Shown: positions 45,641-58,308, counted from the whole stretch's first letter. The stretch is DNA of 63,385 bases, filler included, from Thraustochytrium aureum (GCA_012862495.1; 4 parts of 3 records of this genome joined end to end with filler, not necessarily neighbours in it); one strand, 5' to 3'. Notes: generated from the letters alone by a model not told the origin. Numbers and translations are program-made.

Positions 45641-45916
45641 TGCTGCTGCGTCTTGTCGTCCTTCCAGCGCACTTTCGACGTTCGACGATCAAGCGAACCT
45701 GTCACTTTTATTCAAATTGTCTCCCGTCTTTGAACATTTTCCCCTCGATTTTATGTGAGGTCAGGCTGGGGGAAAAAACCAGAGTCTGTAAAACTTGCCC
45801 TGCGTCAAAAGCATGAGCTCGTTCATCATCGCTGCGAGCAGACCCCGAACGAGCAGACCCCGAACGAGCTGCAGCAAGTTCGTTCCTGCATAGCAGAAGA
45901 GAGCAACAAGGGAACA

Positions 45917-46502
45917 ATGTCGGGCAAGGGCAAAGGAGGGCGCGGCAAGAAGGGCGGCAAGGCGACCACGCGGTCGTCCAAGGCCGGGCTCCAGTTTCCA
46001 GTGGGCCGTATCGCCCGCTACCTCAAGAAGGGCGGCTTTGCTACCCGAGTCGGCGGTGGCGCGCCCGTGTACATGGCTGCCGTGCTCGAGTACCTCGCTG
46101 CGGAGATCCTCGAGCTCGCGGGCAACGCCGCCCGTGACAACAAGAAGAGCCGCATCATCCCGCGCCACATCCAGCTCGCCGTGCGCAACGATNNNNNNNN
46201 NNNNNNNNNNNNNNNNNNNNNNNNNNNNNNNNNNNNNNNNNNNNNNNNNNNNNNNNNNNNNNNNNNNNNNNNNNNNNNNNNNNNNNNNNNNNNNNNNNNN
46301 NNNNNNNNNNNNNNNNNNNNNNNNNNNNNNNNNNNNNNNNNNNNNNNNNNNNNNNNNNNNNNNNNNNNNNNNNNNNNNNNNNNNNNNNNNNNNNNNNNNN
46401 NNNNNNNNNNNNNNNNNNNNNNNNNNNNNNNNNNNTAAGAAGAAGGCCGGAGCCGTCACGGGCAAGGCTGGCGGCAAGGTCTCCAGCTCCCAGGAGTTTT
46501 GA
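45917..46502 (+). CDS. H2AX: Histone H2A.X with an internal gap
   Basis: MSGKGKGG...[14 protein letters not shown]...[34 protein letters not shown]. After the gap the tail ends in SQEF-stop. Confidence 0.92.
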
Positions 46503-47527
46503 ACTAATATCCCCCAAACAAAATTCTTTGATTGTCCTTCGAAGCCTTGCTGGCGCGATCAGCATCAGCCTTGTCATGCGGGCCGCGGCCATGCCCACGC
46601 ATACACAAAATGGCCAGTAGACTCGAAAACATGGAGCGAGATGTGTGCCGGCGTCCTGACATCGACTCGACTCGCGAGACCGGCGGGCCCCGATCATCTG
46701 CAGTCGTCTGCAAGCGCAATGTCCCAGCCCACGACTCCATGGAGCATCGCACCGCAGACTTGCTGCGCTTGGTCTCTGGAAGAAACTGGCATCCCCGCCA
46801 CCTCGAAGTAGTCTCCGCACTTTGCCCGGAATCGCGCCAAGGCGGCTTGATGCGAGGAACGTCCAGCACCAGTTCAGAAGCGGCAAGCAAGCCGCTCTCG
46901 CTTGTGGCAGGCGGACCAGGGCCACGGCCCCCAAAAGGCCGAGTGGGTGAGCATCAAGAAGGCGTGTCGGCAGGTCTGCAAGGGCCACCTCCTCGGGTAA
47001 GCGGAGTCAGCGACCCAGCAAAGGCCCAACCAGGAACACTGCAAGCCTTTCAAAATCAATCAATCGGTCAATCAATCAATCGATCAAGAGCGGTGGAGTC
47101 GTTGACGACTCCCCCTGTCGCCGTCACGGGTGGGAAGTGGCGGGCACTTAATTCATCGCTAATTGTCCCTTCCTGAACTCTCAGCGCGCAGCACCGAGCG
47201 GCTCACAAGCGGACGAGTCCGGAAAAGGCCGATAGATGCTGCGCCTTCCGATAAATTAGCCGCAGAGAACGCGGTGCAAACGGAGTGCATTCTGCTTCCA
47301 AAACGACAGGAGGGAAGAAGGCCAGGCGCGTGCCATGCTCTCGCCGCAACGCAAGTCGTCCCCAGGCGCGAAGCAGAGACGCGGACGCTCAGTTAGATTA
47401 CTAGGTTAGGTTGGACGCATACGCACAGATGCACAAAAGTGGCGCTGCCCATGTGACGGAATGCACGACGCTGAATCCAGAACGCATGCACCCCGAGCTG
47501 CCTGAGAGGAGGCCGCCCTCGACCCCT

Positions 47528-47586
47528 TGAAGACGCAGAAGACGCAGAAGGCGCAGAAGACGCAGAAGACGCAGAAGACGCAGAAG
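47528..47586 (+). repeat. 9-bp tandem repeat (GAAGACGCA)6
   Basis: Directly visible, with one variant unit. Confidence 0.9.
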
Positions 47587-47884
47587 CTTGCGGTAGGACT
47601 ACAGAGAACATACTTTGCATTTTTTGCATCGACATCGAGACTGCAGCCGGAGAGCGTGCCTGTCAATCAGACCAGACCGGCCACTGCAAGCCATGCGTTC
47701 AAGTGCAATTGGGCATACGCGACACACTCTGCAGAGTTGCAAGAGTGTCCAGGACAGGGCAGCATTGCATGAATCAGAGCTCGAAAAGCGCGCGACGCCA
47801 AGCGACGACTCGCTCGAAGCGGGCTTCGAGCGGCCTGCCGGAGGTGCAGACCACTGAAGAGGCGCTCTGCTCTGCAAGGGAGCG

Positions 47885-50095
47885 ATGCCGTCGAGGAAAA
47901 GGGCGAGGCACGGCCTCGCGCTAGCTGCTGCAGCTGTCGCGTTCCTGTGCGCCCGCGGGTCAGCGAACGAGGCCGGCGAGCCCGGCGAGCCCGAGATCGG
48001 GGAGATCGTAGGCGGCGAGGTGGTCGCCGGGAAGCCGTACCCATTCATCGCCTCGCTGCAGAGGAGTTCAGACAGTGGGTTTGAGCACTTTTGCGGCGGG
48101 ACGCTCATCCACCCCGAGTATGTGCTCACGGCTGGGCATTGCGTCAAGCGCGGCGACAGCGGCAAGCCAGACAGACTGCAGTTTATGCAGTATGACCTGG
48201 ACGGCAAGGCCGAGGCCGGCGCCGTGGATGCCACTGTGGAGAAGGTGCTGCTTGCACCAGGCTTTTATGGGGTCCAGAACGATGCAGCTCTCCTCAAGCT
48301 CGCCAAGCCGGTTGGGCTTGAGACGGTCCGACTCGCGCGACCCTCGCAAGCAGGCGTATTCGAAGCCCCCGGCAAGATGCTCCGCGTCGCCGGCTGGGGG
48401 TTCACCGAGGCAGGCGGCCCCAGAACTTCTGACAAACTGCGCCACGTCGACGTGCCGGTGGCACTTCAAGAAACGTGCCGCGCTTCCTACCCCAACCTCG
48501 AAGACAACACGATGTGCGCAGGCTATGCGGAAGGTGGACGTGACTCGTGCTCCGGCGACAGCGGCGGGCCGTTATTCCTCAAGGAGTCGCTCTCGAGCGG
48601 CTTGGCGTCCTTCCGGCAAGTCGGAATCGTGTCTTACGGCTCTGGCTGCGCTGCGAAGGACATGTATGGCGTCTACTCTCGCGTCAGTGCGCACATAGCA
48701 TGGATCGAGAGCGTTGTGGGTCCTCTGGACGAAAACAACGCAGCGATTGCAACCTCGCAGCCGACAACGGCCTTTCCAACGGTGCGACCAACAACCGCCT
48801 ATCCAACAACGGCCTATCCAACAAAGCGGCCGACGCTTTCCCCGGTCACACCAAAGCCGACGCTCGCGCCGACGCCGCCCACCATGCCGCCCTCTTACAA
48901 TGCGGCCGACTGCTACATTCCCAGAACCAACCCCGGGTGGCTCAGAGGGAAGAGGGCCTGCCAGCTCCCCTTTTATTTTCAGGACAAGAGCGGCGTGACG
49001 ACCAGGTTTGACTACCCGCCGACATTTGCAGAAGCCGACCCGTGGGGGACCGATAGGCTCTCGGGTATCACGGCAGGGGATCCCGTGATGCGCTGGTGTC
49101 CGCCAGACCAGTTTAGCACGTACTTGTACAACAATGTGAAGACCCGCAAGTCGTGGGGCGTCGCGGTCTGCACCTACTCGCACATGCTGCCGACGGCGAC
49201 CCCGACAAGCTCGCCAGTCAAGTCGACGGGGCGTCCAACAGCATCGCCCACCAAACGCCCTACCAGCGCCCCGTCACGCTCGCCAACACCGCGGCCGACT
49301 GGCGCGCCGACTTTGCGACCTACGCGCAACCCGACAAAGTCGCCCACGCCGCGGCCGACCCGCGCGCCATCACGCGCGCCGACACGGCGGCCGACTGGTT
49401 CGCCAACACGGCGTCCATCGCGTGCCCCGACTCGTTCGCCTACAAGTTCTCCGACAAGGGCGCCAACAACGCAGAGTCCGACGCGGGCTCCGTCGCTGGC
49501 GCCGACCACGGTCGAATACGGCATGCGAGACGCGTTTTGCAAGTCCATGCAGACCGCGAGGGAATGCAGCGAGAAGGACTGGTGGTCTCAGGCCTGTGAC
49601 TTTCTGGGCGGCAAATGCCGCGGCCGTCTCGACACCAATGCGCCGACTGCGGCGCCCACTAGAACGCCCACGGGAACGCCCACGGCGGCACCAACGCGTG
49701 CGCCGTCTCGCAATCCAACTGAGCAGCAAAGCGGGATTGGACGTCCAGAGACAGAAGATGGAGGGGGCCAAGAAGAAAGCAACAGCGGGGCGAGCGCGGA
49801 GACGGCTATCATTTCCATCGCTGCCAGTCTCGGCTGCATCGGCGTTTTCGTCATGGCAGGCTCATTCTTTCTCGTGCGCCGGCGCAAAAAGGCGCGCGAG
49901 CAAACAGCGGCGGAACCTGCGTTCCAGATTGCCGCGCCAATCGCGGTCTACCACGGCGCGGGGTTTGACCACTTTGGCACCGGCTCTGGCCCTCCGCCAC
50001 CGCCACCGCCGCTGCCGCCGCCGCCGCCGCCGCCCGGGATGGGGGGCCACAATTACTTCGGCAACCGCGAGTCTCGATTTCAGGCTCGTGTGTGA
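47885..50095 (+). CDS. Type I membrane trypsin-like serine protease (S1) with PT-repeat stalks
   Basis: Signal peptide, IVGG, catalytic triad TAGHC / NDAALL / GDSGGP and S1 Asp in GRDSC. These are followed by PT repeats, two Cys modules, a TM helix, RRRKK and a polyproline tail. Confidence 0.93.
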   Translation: MPSRKRARHGLALAAAAVAFLCARGSANEAGEPGEPEIGEIVGGEVVAGKPYPFIASLQRSSDSGFEHFCGGTLIHPEYVLTAGHCVKRGDSGKPDRLQFMQYDLDGKAEAGAVDATVEKVLLAPGFYGVQNDAALLKLAKPVGLETVRLARPSQAGVFEAPGKMLRVAGWGFTEAGGPRTSDKLRHVDVPVALQETCRASYPNLEDNTMCAGYAEGGRDSCSGDSGGPLFLKESLSSGLASFRQVGIVSYGSGCAAKDMYGVYSRVSAHIAWIESVVGPLDENNAAIATSQPTTAFPTVRPTTAYPTTAYPTKRPTLSPVTPKPTLAPTPPTMPPSYNAADCYIPRTNPGWLRGKRACQLPFYFQDKSGVTTRFDYPPTFAEADPWGTDRLSGITAGDPVMRWCPPDQFSTYLYNNVKTRKSWGVAVCTYSHMLPTATPTSSPVKSTGRPTASPTKRPTSAPSRSPTPRPTGAPTLRPTRNPTKSPTPRPTRAPSRAPTRRPTGSPTRRPSRAPTRSPTSSPTRAPTTQSPTRAPSLAPTTVEYGMRDAFCKSMQTARECSEKDWWSQACDFLGGKCRGRLDTNAPTAAPTRTPTGTPTAAPTRAPSRNPTEQQSGIGRPETEDGGGQEESNSGASAETAIISIAASLGCIGVFVMAGSFFLVRRRKKAREQTAAEPAFQIAAPIAVYHGAGFDHFGTGSGPPPPPPPLPPPPPPPGMGGHNYFGNRESRFQARV

Positions 50096-51070
50096 GCCGG
50101 TGCTGCGCTTGTGGACTGCCGACGCCCTGCTCGTCGGATCAACTCAAAACCTGGTGTGCCATCGCCAGCGGAGCGCCCGCGGCGGCGGCAAGTTTGTGGG
50201 CTCGCTGGTCGGTCATGCCATAGCGCTTTTCAGTAGAACCCTACTTGGGCGATGTAAAACCAACCGTCAAACTCTCTCTCTAGGCTCTCAAGCGGCTGGT
50301 AGAGAGCTACTGGTTAGAGTACGGAGTGAAAGCTCTTTCTTTCCAGACACCACTGTCACGCCAGCGCGAGGAGCGAGTCCAACGCCAATGTCAGGCCGTC
50401 CACTCCAAGTCAACCAGCGCCAACTGCCGCTCGAAAGGCAGCTTGCATGCAGCAAACGCATGAGCAAAGAACAAAAGAGAGAAAGGGCAGTCACCTGGCG
50501 TCCAGCGGCCTGCCAACCCATCTCCAGCGCATGGCTCTTCTTCAATGCGCCGTCGTTGGCAGCGGCCGGCACCCCTCGCCGCGTTCCTGTGCAGTCCAAC
50601 CGACACGTGGTGTGCCAACGGCTATCTTTTCCGACCGAAATGTATGAAATGTATTTGAATGTATGCGTTTGGTTTTGCTCGAGCAAGGTGGCGGCCGCAC
50701 ATGTGAATGAGAATCGAGTGGGCACGTGCACGTCTGTACAGGTTGCGCGAGCGCACAGAAGGATTGACAGAGAGAAGGAGCCAATCGCGCTCTCTACTTG
50801 CCTGCCTGAGAGACCGACGTCGCAGAGGAAACCGCTGCCGCGTCGCCAAAACGCACTCCATGCAACAACGTAAATCTAAAGTCGGCGGTGGCAAAATCGA
50901 AAGCAGCAGCCAAAGCAGCAGCCGAAGCAGAGTCGAGAGGCCGAGGGTGCGGAGACCGTCGCGAAGACGGCGAGCAACACGACCTAGAGAGCGCGGCTTG
51001 CAGCCAGCTGAGGGGCGCGAGGTTCAAGCTACAGAGCAAGTTGGACGACCAGGGACGTGAAGCGCCGGCA

Positions 51071-52377
51071 ATGTCGTCCTATCTGTCGAGCGGGGCCACG
51101 GGCATCTACCGCATGTCGCGCGGTTCAAGCTCTTCGAGCAGCAAGAGCGCAGCTTCTTCCAAGGAGCGCATTGTGGCCAAGTCGCGCATCTCGTCGAAAG
51201 ACAGCCTGCGCGTGCCCGCCGCAACCTCGCTTGGGCCGTCACGGACCTCCTCGAGCGCCAGAGACAAGATCTCGGCGTCTAGCTCGCGCCGGTCCACNNN
51301 NNNNNNNNNNNNNNNNNNNNNNNNNNNNNNNNNNNNNNNNNNNNNNNNNNNNNNNNNNNNNNNNNNNNNNNNNNNNNNNNNNNNNNNNNNNNNNNNNNNN
51401 NNNNNNNNNNNNNNNNNNNNNNNNNNNNNNNNNNNNNNNNNNNNNNNNNNNNNNNNNNNNNNNNNNNNNNNNNNNNNNNNNNNNNNNNNNNNNNNNNNNN
51501 TGAGCGACCTCTTGTCCCACCAGAGCACGGCGAGACCGAGTTTAGCGATGATGCCTTTGAGGAGGAGCAAAAGGCTGCTTCTGACCGGCTCAAGCAGACC
51601 AGCGCGCAGGCTAGGCCCGTAAGCATCCTCTCGACGGCCAAGCCGCCGAGCCTGCGGAACACCAACGGTGGCAAGCGCCGCGTCTCGTTCAACAAGAGCG
51701 CCACTCTCCACTACATGCCAGCGCACGAGCTCGCGGCGGCGCGAAAGGCGCGGCGTGGAAGCTGGGAGCCGGCCCCGGAGCACGACGAGCTTTGGGATGG
51801 AGACCTCCAAGACTTTCGGAGAGTGCCGCTGACTGAAAGTCAATTCAACAACGCCTTCGCAAAGAGAGATACCAGCAGCTTTCAGACGATGAACTACACA
51901 TACCCGCCTTCCTCGAGCGACTACGGGTATGACGACATGGACGAGCTCGACGCGTACATGAACGACCTCAGCTTTGACGACCATCGCGCACCGTCTGCTT
52001 CGTCGTTTCTCTTGCCCTCCTCTGCAGGCCCCTCCAAGCGCAGCTGTTACATCTGCACGCCGGCCATCGACTGGCCTTCTCGTGAGGTGGCTGGGTTTAT
52101 CAGAGACCACATCGCTGGGGGCGACTACTTTTGCAGCAACTTTGAGTTGAACCGCGTTGATGGCCCTATGTTTCTGCAGATGGAGGAGCGCGACCTGCGC
52201 AACATTGGCATCAAGCGACGCGCTGATCGCCAGTCTATTCTAATGGCCAAGCACGAGCTTGTGCGGGGCTCACTAGCCCAGCAGAGCTGCGGCTGTGCAA
52301 AGTCCTCGTCGCTACAGGTGCTTGATCGCCATAGCCGGTTCCTCGAGCACACGCAGACCTTCCTAAACACCCTCTGA
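51071..52377 (+). CDS. SAM-domain protein with putative PP1-docking motifs (internal gap)
   Basis: SAM pattern WPSREVAGFI...F..NRVDGPMFLQM.ERDLRNIGI. The frame is open from 51502 and contains SILS and KRRVSF. Linkage to the Ser-rich ORF at 51071 across the gap is inferred. Confidence 0.7.
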
Positions 52378-52949
52378 GGGCGCCGGAGGGGCCCGTCAAG
52401 CTCGTACGGCACGTCAAAGAAAGGCCCTTGGCCGACGCGCGCAGGCTTGTTCGGTAGGGATCGTGGGGCCACATTAGGTGGTTCGTCTGGAGGGTGATCC
52501 AGGCGGGGTGGGCTGGTCCATCCATCATCTTCTCGCAGCTTTGTTCGTTCGTAAAAACATCCAATCCACTTTCGTTTCCCTTTCCGATTGCAGAGGGCCG
52601 TCACTGCGCTAGGCGTCTGCCTTGTTCCGTTGTTCAAGTTGGGACTTGCAAATGCTGCGGATGGCTGGCAAGATTCGCTACTGCAACGACCGATCCCGTG
52701 GACGGACGCGAGCCCAAACGTGCTGTCCACTTGGAATCCATCACCATGCGCACTCTTGTGCTGATGCAAGATGCACCTGATGTGGTGTGTGACTTGTCAA
52801 CGACGCGGTGGCGCAGGAAGACGCCCCAGTGGCGTTGCTCCGTCGTGGACAACATCAAGAGGAATCGTGCTGGGGGAACGAACGTGCGCACGAAATGGCT
52901 CCCTCTCGATTGAGATCTATGTCGAGTAAGACCTGTACAGCAATTTTGT

Positions 52950-55900
52950 TCAAGGCGCAGGGAAGGGATGCCAGCTCCGTACCGCCTGGATTTCCTCGGT
53001 TGTCGCGACAACCGCGTCAAATCCCAGCTTCGGCCCCATTTTGTAGTCGAAGTAGCTCGTACGAAGGTCCACGCCGAGACCCTCTTCGTCGGGACCAGGC
53101 TCCAGCATCTGATACTGCCCAAGAGCCTGACTCCGCGCCATAAGCCGCTCTACGAGCTGCTGCCGCCGGTGCCGTGGGATTTCTCCGGAGGGAGCTCCAA
53201 GAGAGGGGCCATTGGGACTCCTGTCACGCATGCTGTGGTGAAGCCCACCGGCAACCCCGCCACGCACGGGAGGGAGCGCTGCACCGCCCGGGCAGCTCAC
53301 ATCAGTTGCGCTCCTTGAGTAACGATCGTCGTACAAGCGCTTGCTGGAGGCGCCGTATCGAGCAGGGTTTGCAAGGCGGTCAAACAGAGCTTGCATGCCA
53401 ATCGCAATATCCTCCGGGATCCCGAGGCTGCGAACAGGGCAGGCCGCCAGCGAGCGGATCGTTGCAAACCCGACGCGCCCGAGCACCTCCGAGTGAGCCT
53501 CAGCCGCGCGACTGGCAAGGCCAATGCGCTCGCGAAGGAGCTCACGTCGGGCGGTATCTGCCTCGGCAGGCAGCTCAGCGACACTGCGCAGAAAGTCCTC
53601 AAAGGAATCGCCGTTCAATGCGCTGCTCTGGACCAAAAGCAGGGTGACCATATTGTGAATCGGGTCGTCCAGTGAAAGCTGCGCAGACATTCCGCGGACC
53701 CGGTCGATGAACCGACGCATCGACTCCTCGTGCCGACGTTCTTCGTCTCGGCGCGTCTGTTCTGCTTGCGCTTGGGCCACCGCAGCCTCGCGCTCAAGCA
53801 AGGCTGCTTCGTCACCTGTGAGCGGTCTGTTGCTGATCTTCGAAGCGCCAGACGACGGCCGCGAAATGACGCCCCCAGGTGAGTTCCAGTCCACCGTCGC
53901 TATCGTCGATGTTGAGCTCACAGTGCTCTCCCTGCTTGATGGGCGCTCGTCAGCCGAAGGCAGATCGCGGCTGAGCGAGCGACTGTCTGGGTGTTTGGAG
54001 CTTGGATCTCGCGTCGACGTTGACGTTTTGCTCTTGCAATCATGCACTGCCTCGCTTGGCGTTGCGCATGAGGCTTCTTCGGTGGGAACGGTGTCTGAGG
54101 CGCTTGGCGGTCGCTCAAACCGAACGACTACGCCCGCAAAGGCCTCGGATCGCGACGGCCGCACACCATCGCCGACCGTGGATGGCCTTGCGCTGCGGCC
54201 ATCCACCGAGCAATCGCTGCACTGCTTTACCTGCAGCGGCTGCGTCCAGTTCCAGTTGTATAGATTTTCGCCCGCCGTTCGGGGCCGAACTTCGGACGAC
54301 TGCGAGGCGCCGCATAGGGCAAGGCAGTCGCCTCTTGTGGTACTGGGCTGTAGTAGAATGCCCTCGCTGGCGGATCGTTGCGTCAGCGTGGCCTGGGCAG
54401 CTAGCGCTCCACGCGAAGTGACTCGGCTCGGCAGCTGACGCATGCTGCACTGACTGGGCAGCCCACCCCGGCTCTGAAGACGTGGGCGGTTCCCTCCCCG
54501 GGTGCAAAGACCCGAGGCAGCGCTCAACAGGTCCACCTCGGCGCCCCCGCGCGAGTAGTTTATAGTAGCGTCCGTCGTTGGTCGGGAGTCACCTCTGCTG
54601 CTCATGTCGATACCGCGAGACATCCCAAGCGACGCATGAGTCGGTGTCCTACTGAAGTGCCCGACAAGAGCTGCGTTCGGACCCCATGGTGACGTGTCGA
54701 TGACGCCGACTTGGCCCGGCTCGCACATCATGTCCTCGTCGTCGAAGCCCGCGTCGGAGACCTGGGGTCCAACTCGATCGCAGGGAGACTCACCAAAGGA
54801 GGCTTCCGCGCGAGCGGCCGATGTAGATCTTGTCGCCTGAGATGGCCTTGGAGGGAAATTCTCCGTTGCAAGCCGAGCCGAAGGCAGCGAGCGCGTCCTC
54901 GAAGGCGGGGCCGCTGCCATTGATCCCTGCTCGGCCTCGCTGACGGCTCTGCGCCACTTGTCTTGCACAGACCCAGGCCGCACGTTGTCTAGCGCTCCGG
55001 TGAGTGACTCGAGCACCCCTCGAATGGCACTTGCGAGCCCCGCTGGAACGCCAAACTCGTCTTCAAGGCGGCGCGCGTGCCGTTGAAGGTCCGCACAGGT
55101 CTCCACGCCGTTCGCCTTGAGCATGGCGACTACTGATGCCGCGAGTTGAATGGCCTCATCCTCCACTGCCATTTTGAGCGGAGGCGGCGAGACGAGCACA
55201 AAGTGCTCATAGGCGGCCTCCATGCTGTCGTGTTTGTCTGCACTCCTCGACGCAATTTGGCAGCGAAGGGCAGCGTGAAAGACGAGGTGGTCGATTGGCT
55301 CGCAGAGTGAGACAATCTCCGTCCCGAGGAGATGCTTGGGCCCACTTTGAAACGGTGCTTGAGCGATTATGTCGGGCTCGAGGCGGGGCGGGCAGCGCTC
55401 TGTTTTGATCTCCAATGCTGTTTTTGCTTCGAGGCCGTGGCTGCGTTCTTGTTGCGGTTCCAGACTGGGTCATGTGCAATCACGGCTGTTGCAGGCACGA
55501 CAACAAGTCTGGGTGGACTCTGCAGGCCAGTGAGATGTTCGGGATTCGTGGGGTCGTTCGTTGCCAGGTCAATGCCAAACTCGAGCTCGTCAGAGGTTTC
55601 AATTCCACTCGGTTGGTCGTTGGGACGGCGAACACGTGTCCTTGCGCGTTGGGCGCCAGACTTTAGTGGAAGCGACTTCAGTTGGCGTTTGGCACGGGCC
55701 CGGCTTCCTGCGTTTCGCTTGGTGGCACTTTGTAGTTGTCGCTCTCTTGCCTGCTGCGCTACTTCGAGCTTGCTTTGTTGAAATGGGTTCCCAGGCACCT
55801 TTTGGGCCCTCGACTCGGCCGAGGCGAGCACTGTAAAGCTGTTGCGCTGGCGAGCTCTGGCGACAGGTCGAGGGCGGCGAGTCGCACCGCTCGCCATTTT

Positions 55901-57592
55901 CGTGAACTTTATTGCTCGCGGCACTGCAATGTCTCGATCGTAGTGCTCTGCCGCAACGGCCACCGGGCGCATTTTTAGCTTTTGGTCCTCCCATTGCTCC
56001 CACTTGCGGCGTAAGTCTTGCTCCCTGTGCGCAAGGACCTGCTGTATAAAGGTCGTGGCGTTTTCCATCTCCATCTTGCGCAGCTCGGCTTGCTGTGCCA
56101 TGTGGAGCTCGTAGTCTCGGTTAACCTCCTCGAGGAAGCGAAACAGGTCGCCTTTGGCAATGAAGCGGTTGCAAAGTTCGCGTACGCGTGGGCCGAGACT
56201 GAGCTCTACTCTACGCGCGCGCTTCCTCTTTCGCGCCGCGTAGCCGCGCCAAAGCCGCTGCAATTGCACAGCCCCGCCGTTCACGTTGGCGACCTCCTGT
56301 TGGATGCGCTTTTGCTCGAGGACAATGAGCTCTATCTTGCGAGACTGCACTTTTCGGACGCTGCGCTGGATGATGCAGGCGGCCTCGTTCTCGCGACGGC
56401 GCTCCTTGTGCACGAGTGCCTGCTTCGCCTTGAGCCTTCCGCAATGCCCGCGCCCGATGCGTTGGATAGCCAGCGCGCTGCGAGACCGCAGGCGTTCCCG
56501 AACAGTATGCGCGCGCTTGCGGCCGCGATGGCCTCGCACAACCCGCTGAATAGTCTGTGCAGCGGTGCGCTGGGCTGCCACTCGCATTTCCTCGGCGGCG
56601 CGTTGCTCCGCCAGGTGCGCAAGGAAGACCCTAGCACATCGCTGAATTGACCGCGCCGCGGTGTTTTGAGCAACTTGGTCCAGGTGGGCCATCTCCGCTG
56701 TAGCATCTGCGATTTCCGCCTCGAGCGCCAGCATTTTCTTTTCCAGTTCTTTGCTGGCAACCTCCACAGGGACTCGTTGCCACACCCCATGCGAAACAAG
56801 AGTGTCTACGTATTGCTTAACGCTCCCTGCGCCCATGCAGACTATGCGTTCTTCCAGCGAGTGGAATTCGTCACGCACTTGTTTGAGCGCAGGCTCTTTG
56901 ACAAGCAACAGGTCTCGGAGTTCGCGCGACCGCGCCATGTGAGCCTTCCGCAGCAGATGCAGCTGCATCCACGAAACGGCAGCAAATCCCCCCATGAAAA
57001 CCTCTCTGATGCCAGTCGCTCGGTTCGGCCTGCTTTGCGCCTCGAGGAGCCCGAGGACAGAGCTGCGCGATCGCGATCGCGAGCCAGAGCCAGAGCCAGA
57101 CAAGCTCTCCTCGGCGCATTCTTCCTCTGCAATATCGATCAGGCCTCGCGAAAGAAGGCTTTCCTCGTCGAGCGACTCTGTGGTAGCTTTGCAGCAGCAT
57201 GACCCTGCCGCACTTGCATCTTCGAGTTGCTGTCGGAGCGCCTTGGACTCTGACTTGGACTTGAAGAACTCGAGCTGGTCCTTGTGCAAGCGGATCGTGC
57301 TGCGGCCCACGGTGACATTGATCCAGTTTTTCGCTTCTGCCGGCGGGAAGAGGCACCTGACTCGCCCAATCCTCCCTGTCCGCTTCAAGTGCCCGGCGTT
57401 GCGGGTGCAATTCTTGCACTTGCCGCAGAACAGGATCAACTGGTCCTTTGCGGCCTGCTCGTTCGCATTGCAGGCACAGCTCCGTCCGCGTGGGCATCCA
57501 CACTCCCTGTACACCTTATTCTGCCTCTCGCTGCGCTTCCCCGGCTCCGTGGCGCCATAGTCGATCGTGTACGCCTTGTACAGCAAACTCAT
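52950..57592 (-). CDS. Large IQ-motif calmodulin-binding protein; probable frameshift near 55400-55420 joining two ORFs
   Basis: Five IQ-like motifs (IQRCAR, IQRVVRG, IQRIGRG, IQRSVR, LQRLWRG), coiled coils and a Cys-rich N-terminus. The overlapping downstream ORF has SAM-like segments. Confidence 0.7.
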
Positions 57593-58308
57593 CTTTCAGG
57601 CAGGGCAGAGGTGGCAGGCCGGCAGCTTGGCCTACAGGNNNNNNNNNNNNNNNNNNNNNNNNNNNNNNNNNNNNNNNNNNNNNNNNNNNNNNNNNNNNNN
57701 NNNNNNNNNNNNNNNNNNNNNNNNNNNNNNNNNNNNNNNNNNNNNNNNNNNNNNNNNNNNNNNNNNNNNNNNNNNNNNNNNNNNNNNNNNNNNNNNNNNN
57801 NNNNNNNNNNNNNNNNNNNNNNNNNNNNNNNNNNNNNNNNNNNNNNNNNNNNNNNNNNNNNNNNNNNNNNNNNNNNNNNNNNNNNNNNNNNNNNNNNNNN
57901 NNNNNNNNNNNNNNNNNNNNNNNNNNNNNNNNNNNNNNNNNNNNNNNNNNNNNNNNNNNNNNNNNNNNNNNNNNNNNNNNNNNNNNNNNNNNNNNNNNNN
58001 NNNNNNNNNNNNNNNNNNNNNNNNNNNNNNNNNNNNNNNNNNNNNNNNNNNNNNNNNNNNNNNNNNNNNNNNNNNNNNNNNNNNNNNNNNNNNNNNNNNN
58101 NNNNNNNNNNNNNNNNNNNNNNNNNNNNNNNNNNNNNNNNNNNNNNNNNNNNNNNNNNNNNNNNNNNNNNNNNNNNNNNNNNNNNNNNNNNNNNNNNNNN
58201 NNNNNNNNNNNNNNNNNNNNNNNNNNNNNNNNNNNNNCTTGGCCTGGGTGGCCCCGGCGGACGTCGCGAGGCTGGTCGCTGGCGCGATCCGGTTGCGTCG
58301 ATCGCAGC

